Of a stretch of 32,000 nt of DNA, positions 1 to 8,500 are shown piece after piece. This stretch comes from Candidatus Electrothrix sp. GW3-4 (GTDB taxonomy: Bacteria > Desulfobacterota > Desulfobulbia > Desulfobulbales > Desulfobulbaceae). Position numbers and translations under genes: made by a program. Every line of letters starts with the position of its first letter. The stretch's first letter is position 1. The stretch covers positions 4,050,001-4,082,000 of the forward strand of contig NZ_CP147990.1 of the NCBI RefSeq assembly GCF_037902255.1, in the 5' to 3' direction. Below the pieces are notes generated by a model. It was given only the letters and a program-made list of their open reading frames with translations. It made no database searches and had not been told where the DNA came from.

Positions 1-1948
1 AGGTGTCTGCCCCTTTTGTCGCTTGAATCTGGCCTTTGAGGTTCTCTTCAGTAAAATCAAACTCAAATTCGCCGTTATAATCTGCCGTTGCGGTATAGGC
101 CCTGCCAGACAGCACATCCCAGACCTTGATCCGAGCATTTAGCACAGGGTTTCCGTTACTCCTGTACACGACCCGGCCTTTAAGATCAGCCTCTGGTTCC
201 GGCGCTTGAAAAACCGTCTGACGATTCTGGTACTCAGGAATGTAGGGCCGGTTGAAGGTGATCCCTCCCCGCTGTGTATTACTTTTTGTTGGGTACAATG
301 AAGTATTCTTCTTATTCTGCTGACACCCACAGCTCTCCGAGCTGGCAGCATTCGACTGCTTGTTAAAGTTATGGTCAGGAGCATATCCTGGATTGTATTG
401 CGAGCTATGGACGTGCATTTTGCGTGTTGCTTTATCGCTTTGTGCGTCTTTGCTGTCAATCGTTACACAGGTAACCTCCTTATCCCCAGAGGTATAAAAG
501 GCAAGGGCGGCATTCACCGTTGATTGAGGTGCAACCCAGTCGGAAATATACGGCGCATTTCCGGTTATACTGGAATCGGTTGCTGAGCATTTTACCTTGA
601 CCTGATCTCCATCAGGATCTCCCCCGGCAGTGACCGAAATATAGGTTGTTTCTCCCGGATCTGTGGCATAGGGATAGGGATTGATCTCTGGAGAGCTGGG
701 AGCCTGGTTCGCAAAGCGAATACTCATCGTCTTTCTGGTGGAAGGACTGTCTACCCCCTGTCGGCTATGCGCGATGCAATAAATATTTTTTTCTCCAGAA
801 GAGTAAAAGGTAATTGTTCCATCGACTTCTGCTCCAGGCGGCAACCAATCTGACAGGTAAGGATCATTTACTGTTCTGTTGGAATCATCAGCAGTGCAGC
901 CTATTCTGACCAGATCTCTGTTCTGGGGATCATGTCCGGCAATGAGCTTGATACTGACAGGCTCATTGACTGAGTCCTGGCTGGGAACCTCAACGATAGG
1001 GGCCGGGGCGCTGGTGATTGTTCTTCGGGTGGACGCAGGAGGCAGAGGCGTCGGCTCAGAGGGTTCGTTCCTCGGTGCAGGATACCCTGAAACGCTCGGA
1101 CCTGGGGTAACAGTAATTGTTCGTTGGCTCAGGGAACTGGTGGCCCCGTAGTTATCCAGGCTATTACAGAAAATAACCTGCGTGCCTGTTGAATGAAAGG
1201 TTAAGGGCACATGAATGGTGTCTCCGCTATAAACCCAGCCGGAACGATAGGGAGCATTTGGGGTATTGTCTGAACTGCTGGCCGTACATTGGATCCTGAC
1301 CATATCATTGTTCTGTGTTTGGCCCGCTGTCACAACAATCTTGACAGCGGTGTTTATTGCTATCCTCTCAGGAGATTCATTAATAATGGGACGCTGCGGT
1401 CCATGAGATCCATGAGTTGGCTGTGTAACGGGCTGTGCATCATCCCAGGGAACAGGCTCGCTTGTTGCTGTTTCGTTTTTTGAGATCTGAACGGGCCCAA
1501 CCCAGGCATAGCCGATATTATTTGTTATAGTCGCAAAGAAACGCTGGGGAAAGGAAGAAACAGAATCAAGATCCAGTCGCAGTTTTGCGGCTTCGCTGCC
1601 CGAGGGGATCTTTCCTGCAACGACCACCGGGCCGTTATGGCTCCCTGATCTGATACTCACACTGTTCGTATTATAAAATGGTCCTTTCTTTGAGGTGATA
1701 CTGAATATGGCAGCGGGTCCATCGATGCGGATATTCATATTCAGGATTTCTCCCCAAGTACCTCCACCACTATCGGTCGTATTAATATCAGCTTGATATT
1801 TCGCTGAGGAATATGGACTATTGTCAGTATATTGGGCAAAGGCATTATTGCTGATGACCAGACAACAACAAGCAACGAACAAGAACAGAGAGCTCCGAGC
1901 CGTACGTATATTGTTCTGCAGCTGTTTTTTGTTTATCAAGGGATTCAT
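1..1948 (-). CDS. Secreted repeat protein (3' end outside window): N-terminal signal peptide, three tandem Ig-like repeats, carboxypeptidase-regulatory-like (transthyretin-like) domain
   Basis: My own translation gives an open minus-strand frame from the ATG at 1948..1946 (GGAGG 6 nt upstream) to the left edge. It is absent from the ORF track, apparently because no stop codon lies in the window. The N-terminus MNPLINKKQLQNNIRTARSSLFLFVACCCLVISNNAFA looks like a signal peptide. Three repeats of about 100-130 aa share D-x-V-[RK]-[IV]-x-C-[TS]-A ... PY-x-S-[GD]-W ... F-[HY]-[ST]-[ST]-G ... C. The last visible segment, GRVVYRSNGNPVLNARIKVWD...TADYNGEFEF, resembles CarboxypepD_reg. Confidence 0.75.
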   Translation of the reverse strand, partial: MNPLINKKQLQNNIRTARSSLFLFVACCCLVISNNAFAQYTDNSPYSSAKYQADINTTDSGGGTWGEILNMNIRIDGPAAIFSITSKKGPFYNTNSVSIRSGSHNGPVVVAGKIPSGSEAAKLRLDLDSVSSFPQRFFATITNNIGYAWVGPVQISKNETATSEPVPWDDAQPVTQPTHGSHGPQRPIINESPERIAINTAVKIVVTAGQTQNNDMVRIQCTASSSDNTPNAPYRSGWVYSGDTIHVPLTFHSTGTQVIFCNSLDNYGATSSLSQRTITVTPGPSVSGYPAPRNEPSEPTPLPPASTRRTITSAPAPIVEVPSQDSVNEPVSIKLIAGHDPQNRDLVRIGCTADDSNRTVNDPYLSDWLPPGAEVDGTITFYSSGEKNIYCIAHSRQGVDSPSTRKTMSIRFANQAPSSPEINPYPYATDPGETTYISVTAGGDPDGDQVKVKCSATDSSITGNAPYISDWVAPQSTVNAALAFYTSGDKEVTCVTIDSKDAQSDKATRKMHVHSSQYNPGYAPDHNFNKQSNAASSESCGCQQNKKNTSLYPTKSNTQRGGITFNRPYIPEYQNRQTVFQAPEPEADLKGRVVYRSNGNPVLNARIKVWDVLSGRAYTATADYNGEFEFDFTEENLKGQIQATKGADT

Positions 1949-2264
1949 GATCGGCCTCCGAGAATCAATTCTATAACGTTCGGTATCGCACGAACTGTCA
2001 TCAGTTAAACTGTCATAACTTGGTTTCTTGCCCGCTGAACAGTACGAAAAAATGCGGACAGCGAAAAGACACATGTATAGTGGTTGTAAACTATAAGAAG
2101 ATTTCTGTCAAAAAGAAATATATGTCAGCCCGTTGCAGACAAGAGAGAGAGAACAACAGGAAGAGTGCTGAAAAAAGCTTTTCTTTGGAGTATAAACCGA
2201 TTAGCAAAGCAGAAATCGTGTTCTTTTTAAACGTTTTTTTGCTTCAAGATGGGAGCAGTGTACT

Positions 2265-2933
2265 GTGATTGCATTGATGACAGCGGCAACGGATATGGAG
2301 ATGCAGGCATTTTTAGATGCCAAAGGCGATCAGGAGGATATCTACTCCCTTGTTACAGGGATTGGGCCGGTGGAGACGACACTTTCTCTGGCAGGCATCC
2401 TCCATAAGCAACCAGAGATAGATTGGGTGCTGAATTTCGGTATTGCCGGGGCATATCTGGAAAATGACACGCCGCTTCAGGCCAGCTTGCTCGAGCTCTG
2501 CCTTGCTGAACAGGAGGTCCTGGGGGATCTCGGGATTCAGTTGGCAGATACGATGGAAAGGTTTGGCGGCGATCTGCCGGTACGGGATCGTTTTGTCCTG
2601 GATTCCGGCTTGCTGTCAGCAGCGGGCCAGATTCTGGAGCATGAGGATATTTCCTATAAGCTTGGGACCTTTGTGACAGTGAATTGCGCCAGCGGTACCC
2701 TGCATCGGGGGAATCAGCTCGGGCGTCAGTTTCGTGGGTTGTGCGAAAATATGGAAGGGGCAGCTGTGGCTCGGGTTTGTGAGGAATTTTCCCTGCCCTG
2801 CCTGGAGGTCCGTTGTATCAGTAATATGGTTGAGGATCGAAACCGGGAGAACTGGCGGATTCAGGAGGCCTGCGCTAAAGTGGGAAGGGCTGCCGCTGTT
2901 CTTGCGGCGGGGCTTGTTTCAGGCCGGTTCTGA
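2265..2933 (+). CDS. mqnB: Futalosine hydrolase (PNP/UDP-1 nucleosidase family, menaquinone futalosine pathway)
   Basis: 222 aa with a GTG start. The protein shows the nucleosidase fold motifs TGIGPVETT and ENMEGAAVARVC, and the C-terminal ISNMVEDRNRENW pattern typical of MqnB rather than Pfs. Confidence 0.65.
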   Translation: MIALMTAATDMEMQAFLDAKGDQEDIYSLVTGIGPVETTLSLAGILHKQPEIDWVLNFGIAGAYLENDTPLQASLLELCLAEQEVLGDLGIQLADTMERFGGDLPVRDRFVLDSGLLSAAGQILEHEDISYKLGTFVTVNCASGTLHRGNQLGRQFRGLCENMEGAAVARVCEEFSLPCLEVRCISNMVEDRNRENWRIQEACAKVGRAAAVLAAGLVSGRF

Positions 2934-2935
2934 TC

Positions 2936-4111
2936 TCATGCAGAGAGATTATTACGACCGCGATGCTCATTGACATAGATCCTGGGCACCCGCGCACTGA
3001 TATTGGTCAGGACCTCATAGCTGATCGTGCCGAGCTGCGCAGCGAGATCATCGGCGGTGATGACTTCCCCGCCCTGTCTGCCGATGAGCTGCACCTCTTC
3101 CCCGATATAGGCCTCTCCAGCACCGATACCGATCATGGTTTGATCCATGCAGACACTGCCGCGCACAGGATATCTCTGACCGCGCAGCAGAACCTGCCCT
3201 TTATTGGAGAGAGCACGAGGATAGCCGTCGCCGTATCCAACGGGAATGGTCACGACCCGGCAGTTCTGAGGAGCTGTCCAGGTCCTGCCGTAGCCGACAG
3301 AATTCCCGGCCAACACGACCTTAAAGTACATAATCTTTGCCCTGAGGGAAAGGGCAGGCTGGAGACTGGCTTGGGACTCGGTGGCTGGCGAAGGATGATA
3401 GCCGTACAGCATGATCCCCGGCCTGATCATATCAAGCTGGCTTTCTTCCATCCTCAGGATGGCCGCTGAATTGGCGATCTGGAGTAATGGAGAGGGGCGA
3501 TGTTCATGGGCAAAAAAACGGGTTGCTTCAAGAAATCGCTCCAGCTGGAGCTGGGCAAATCCCAGGTCTTGGTTATCTGAGTTGGCGAAATGGGAAAAGA
3601 TGGAGACCAGATTGAGGTATTTTTCTCCCTCTAAGGCTGCAGCAAAGAGTTTACGAGCGTTTGTATACCGTATCCCGATCCGCATCATGCCGGTATCGAC
3701 CTTCAGATGGATGTTGACCCGTTTTTTATAAAACTCAGCCGCTTCTCGGATATATTGCAACGCATCCACTGAAGCAATGGTCAGGTCAATATTATTTTCT
3801 ATAAAGAGGCCAATCTGAAATCGTGAAAACGGACCCGAGGTGATAATGGGAATGGTTATACCTGCCCTTCTCAGCTCCAGGGCTTCTTCAACAAAGGCGG
3901 TGCCCAGATAATCCACACCTTCTGAGGCCAGATGCTCCGCAACCCGTACCAGACCGTGGCCGTAGGCATTGGCCTTGACCATAGCGATGATCTTCCGACC
4001 AGGGGCCTTTTCCCGGACAACCTGGAGATTATGACTGATGCAGGCCAGGTCGACCACTGCTGCGGAACGATGATAGAGATCAGCAATATTTTCTCCTGTT
4101 ATGCAGTTCAA
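2936..4111 (-). CDS. alr: Alanine racemase
   Basis: 391 aa. It carries the canonical PLP-lysine motif MVKANAYGHG and overall Alr-like N-terminal barrel and C-terminal beta-domain sequence (GYGDGYPR, VCMDQ). It uses a TTG start with AGAGGA upstream. Confidence 0.9.
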   Translation of the reverse strand: MNCITGENIADLYHRSAAVVDLACISHNLQVVREKAPGRKIIAMVKANAYGHGLVRVAEHLASEGVDYLGTAFVEEALELRRAGITIPIITSGPFSRFQIGLFIENNIDLTIASVDALQYIREAAEFYKKRVNIHLKVDTGMMRIGIRYTNARKLFAAALEGEKYLNLVSIFSHFANSDNQDLGFAQLQLERFLEATRFFAHEHRPSPLLQIANSAAILRMEESQLDMIRPGIMLYGYHPSPATESQASLQPALSLRAKIMYFKVVLAGNSVGYGRTWTAPQNCRVVTIPVGYGDGYPRALSNKGQVLLRGQRYPVRGSVCMDQTMIGIGAGEAYIGEEVQLIGRQGGEVITADDLAAQLGTISYEVLTNISARVPRIYVNEHRGRNNLSA

Positions 4112-4244
4112 TTCCGTTTATCCTCTTTATGCGTTATCTTGATTGAGATAAAAAAAAGCTGAAGGAGCAGAGGAGGAGCTGAATGCGCGAAAACGCCTTT
4201 CGTTCAGATTCCTTTTGTCAGAGAAAATCATTCTCTCTGGGGGG

Positions 4245-4781
4245 TCATTTTCTCCGCACCCGACGCAGCCACTGCTCCCAGCCGTGCCGACTTGACAGCA
4301 GGAGGCCCCATCCCACGGCAAAATAGACCGTGCCAAGGAACAGGCCAGGCTCGGTCATACTGCGCAGGGCTATTCCCGAGGCCATCATCAGGATAACAAA
4401 GAGCCAGGTCTTCCAGGGATAGACCGCGCCGATGCAGCTCTTTTCATTAAGCGTCATGATGCGAGTCAGGGTCTTTTTCGCTGATCGATCTAAGATCATC
4501 AGGGACTTGATGGTGCCGAACAAGAGGGCGACTATAAACAGTTTACAGGTCAGACTGAAACCGATCCAGCTGAGCCCGCGTACCATGAGCATGATGCCCA
4601 CAGCTGTCCAGATAAAGGGGGCAACAAAAAGATGCGCAGATCTGCTGACACTAGGTCGGAATCGTGCTATGGCGTTTTTTTTGGGCGTATCGATTGACAC
4701 CGGAAAACCCCTTGTATGCTCAATGGATTGAGATGATTCCGTATAGTACGCAGAGCGCCTTATACAGCCTTTCCTGTGCAT
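4245..4781 (-). CDS. Hypothetical integral membrane protein (about 4 TM segments)
   Basis: The ORF is 4245..4811. Four hydrophobic segments are visible (AHLFVAPFIWTAVGIMLMV, LFIVALLFGTI, WLFVILMMASGIAL, LFLGTVYFAVGWGLLL). I could not recognise a family. The start is uncertain: TTG at 4811 or ATG at 4781. Confidence 0.5.
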   Translation of the reverse strand: MHRKGCIRRSAYYTESSQSIEHTRGFPVSIDTPKKNAIARFRPSVSRSAHLFVAPFIWTAVGIMLMVRGLSWIGFSLTCKLFIVALLFGTIKSLMILDRSAKKTLTRIMTLNEKSCIGAVYPWKTWLFVILMMASGIALRSMTEPGLFLGTVYFAVGWGLLLSSRHGWEQWLRRVRRK

Positions 4782-5020
4782 CCCTCTACAGAACCGGCCT
4801 TGGTTTGTCAAGGAGAAATGAGGGTCAGTCCATGAGAGGAATGCTCAGTATAGGCAGGACATTAAGGAGGGAACATGCTATCGTTTCCGCAGAAACGCCG
4901 CAAACCAGTCAGCTCCCCCTTGCCCCCTAATGATAATCCGTGTTAACTATTAGTAGAGACGAGAGAAGGCCAATACCCGGTAACCAACCGGTTCAATCAT
5001 AATACAACGAGGACTGGAAG

Positions 5021-5335
5021 ATGAAAAAAAAATTAAACTGCTGGGAAGCAAAAAAATGCGGGCGCGAGCCAGGCGGAGACAAGGTCTCTGAGCTTGGAGT
5101 CTGTCCTGTTGCCGAAGAAGGAAGAGCAGAAGGTATTCATGACGGAGAAAAGGGAGGTCGCTGTTGCTGGGCCATAGCAGGTTCTCTCTGCAAGGGAGAG
5201 CAACAGGGCAATTATGCAGAAAAATTCGGAGATTGCCGCAGCTGTGATTTCTATGAGATGGTAAAAAAAGAGGAGATGCCCCAGTTTAAACTTGGCCTTA
5301 CCATTTTAAAAGAAATAAAAGAGAAAGGCTCCTGA
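5021..5335 (+). CDS. Standalone two-CW domain protein (cysteine-rich)
   Basis: 104 aa. It contains NCWEAKKCGREPGG ... GVCPV ... GGRCCWAIAGSLCKGEQQG ... CRSCDFY. That is the two CW motifs plus the Cys pattern of the two-CW domain, which is normally the N-terminal module of deltaproteobacterial and archaeal signalling proteins. Confidence 0.65.
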   Translation: MKKKLNCWEAKKCGREPGGDKVSELGVCPVAEEGRAEGIHDGEKGGRCCWAIAGSLCKGEQQGNYAEKFGDCRSCDFYEMVKKEEMPQFKLGLTILKEIKEKGS

Positions 5336-5515
5336 GCGACAGGTCCTGCTTGCCGTAGCTGATCAACATCTGAGCGGCATCTGAGCAACAGGCAAAACCG
5401 GGACCTGATTCGATTCCGGCGCGAGACTGTACAGCCGGACGGGGGTTTCCTCCGGTCTGTGATAACTATTGAGGAGGCTTGCCTCCTCTGGGTGGAACTC
5501 CCGGCCTCCTTGACC

Positions 5516-8500
5516 ATGAGTAATTTGACACAGAATAGCGCAGAAAAGTTCGTTCGGCTTGTTCGATACCTCCGTGCATTATCGGCAATTAATGCAAAAA
5601 CTATCCGCACCCTGGAACAGTACCAAAAAAAGGTGCTCTGGTTGCCCCTTGACGCCGGTGTTGCCAACGTTGAACAGGATAAAGCTGATGATTCTCTCTG
5701 GATTGCGGTCAAACGGGGGGAAAAACCGCCGTTGCCCCCCCCTCCTGAGCGATGCAGGAAGTGGATTGACAAGGAGGCGTTGCAAAACCTTGATGCGACC
5801 CCTGAGCTCCGTCTTCCGCTTGACTTTATGCACACAACCCCAACGGCGGTCAACGCCCAGAGAGAGGAGACCCTTTATCCAGAGGCCTTTGCCCGAAGAG
5901 AACAGCAATGGCAGAACTATATCGAACAGCAATGGAAACCCTGGCGGGACCGTTGCCGACGCGTCCTCTCTCATGAGAAGATCTACACGGATCTGTTTCG
6001 TCTTTACCAGGAGCAGCAAAAGCTTGGTGAACAATATGAGCAGCTGCTTTGTTGCGGTTGCTTAACCTGGGAAACCCAGAACCGGGAAATTGTCCAACGG
6101 CATCTTATTGTGACGGAAGCTGCCATTTCCTTTGATCCAACCTCGAAAAGGCTGGCTGTTTATCAGACCTCACCGACCCCAAGAGTTGAGCTGGATATGC
6201 TTGCCCTGGAGGAACAACCACAAGATGCCCATACGCTCATCCAAGAGAATAATCAGGCATTAGAGGGAAATCTTCGCAAGAAAAAAGAGGTTGACAGGGT
6301 CCTCAACACCCTTGCCCAAACTCTGTTCACAGATCCTCCGGGGCAATATTTTCCTGACCGTCTTCAGCCCGAGCAAAATACCCCGACAGAACAGCCGGTC
6401 ATTACCTATGCCCCGGCCCTGATCATGAGAAAGCGGTCCATGCATCCTTTGGCGCATTTTCTCGATAAGATCCAGGATCAATCTCCACTCAGCACAGCTC
6501 TTCCAGAGGAATTTCGTCATCTCTGTGAAATGCACTCTGAAGAGACAAAGAGTGCTCTGAAAGAGGAACCGGCACAAGATCGGACTGAGGAGGCAATATT
6601 TTTCCCCCTTCCCTCCAACCAGGAACAACGCCGCATAGCCACAAGACTCAATAAGAACAGCGGGATACTTATCCAGGGCCCTCCAGGGACTGGCAAGTCG
6701 CATACAATTGCCAATCTCATCTGTCATCTGCTGGCTCAGGGGAAACGGGTGTTAGTGACAGCGCAAACCACGAGGGCCTTACATGTGCTCCATGACTTAC
6801 TCCCTGAGAATATTCATCCACTCTGTTTCAACGCCGCTGAGCAGGGCAGGCAAGAGCAAGCAGATCTGGAGCAAAAGATCAAGGCCATCTTGGCAGCAGA
6901 AAAGCTTCGCCAAGCAGCAGAGAACGAGCATATTCAGGAGCTGGAAGAGCGTATTCAGGCAAAACAACAGGCCCGGCAGACCACAGAGAAAAAGATCCTG
7001 GAGCTGCGTGAGCAAGAAACCCAGCAGCACAGGATGAATCAAGGGCATTATTCCGGAACCGCTGCTCAGATTGCTAAACAGGTACGCAAAGAGAAGGACG
7101 CCTTTTCTTGGTTTACAGATCGAATCACCCAGGACATGTCCCTCCCTTGGTCTCATCAACAACTTCTTTTCCTCCGCAAATATCTGCGTTCCACCGATGC
7201 AGGGGCAGAGAAAAAACTGGCTGGCAAAGAGCTCCCGCAACTGAAGAAAAAATTTCCAGTCCATAAGGTGCAAGAGGCCTTTGAAAAAGAAGAACAGGCC
7301 CGTCAGGCTGCATCTCTTGGAAGACAACGCCTCCAGAGCGGGTCGGGTAAGATGCTCTTTCAGGCAGGCAAAGCAGACCGAAAGGCAATTGAAGGAATAC
7401 GAGATCAGCTTGCTGGCTTTACCGAGACGGTGCGGGAATTGCAGCGGCGTCCTATGCCCTGGATTGCACCAGCTGTTTCTGATGTGCTCTGTGGGCGTAA
7501 CGCTGTCTGGCAAAATTTATTGCAACTCTCCCAGGAGGCTCTTCAAGATCTCCAGAAACTCATTGATCGGATTGATACCCTGGAGGTTGATATCTCCTGG
7601 GAGATCGATCGAAAAAAGCTCCTGCAGGATGCGCTGGCCCTGAAAAGGCATTTCAAGGCAGGAGGACGGGCGGGCAAATGGATTTTTAAGCCGGAAATCG
7701 TTCGAAAACATGCCACCTTACTCAGCAAGATCAGGATAGACGGTCAGCCCTGTAACACGCTGGACGCTCTGTGGAAGCTGGTCGATTACCTCCTGGTTGA
7801 TCGGAAATTATATTATGTCTGGCATCTCTGGGAGGGAAGGGCTGAACGAAGCACTGGCCATTTTTCTCTCCAATTTGCCGAAATCGAAGAACTCCTTAAA
7901 ACCCTACAACAGGTCCTTGCTCTCCATAAAAAACGAAAACTCCTGGAAGAACGACTGGGTTCGATCAATGGCCTGAACATGCCGGACTGGTCAGATGTCT
8001 CTGCTGTCCAGAGCCTGTTGGAGGACTGTCAGGCAGCGCTTGCCCGCCTTGATTTTCTCTGGCTCGGTTCTTCAATAACCCATGCCCAGAAGACACTTTC
8101 TGTCTTTGCCCAACGAAGCAATGCCCATCCGATAACGAAACTGGTTATTAAAAGTCTGCAAAAGAGAGATATCGAGACCTATCAACACCTCTTTACCGAG
8201 ATTGAAGACCTCAACCTCAAGAACAATGAACGGGTGGAGAAGAACCACCTGCTTGATGAACTGGCTGACATCGCACCTCAGCTGGCCACGCAACTGAGAA
8301 ATGGGCAGGAAAGGAGAGAGTGGGCAGATCGCCTTGGGCAGCTTGAACGGGCCTGGGCCTGGGCACAGGCCCAGGACTGGTTGCAGACCTTTCTTGCCAA
8401 TGACCTGGAAAGCCACCACCGACAGAGCCAGCGGCTTGCGCAGCAGATCAGAGAAGAACTTTCTGCCTTGACAGCTGCCAAGGCCTGGCAGCATTTTTTT

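Noticed and set aside
2020-2268. An 82-aa ORF upstream of mqnB.
   Set aside because: It lies in the divergent promoter region, has a Lys/Arg-rich low-complexity translation and overlaps the mqnB start. There is no supporting signal.
5471-5488. The perfect palindrome GAGGAGGC-tt-GCCTCCTC inside the 5' end of the helicase ORF, as a possible SD sequestor or terminator.
   Set aside because: The loop is too short for the full stem. No U-tract follows, and no start codon lies at a suitable distance from the GGAGG. I could not assign a function.
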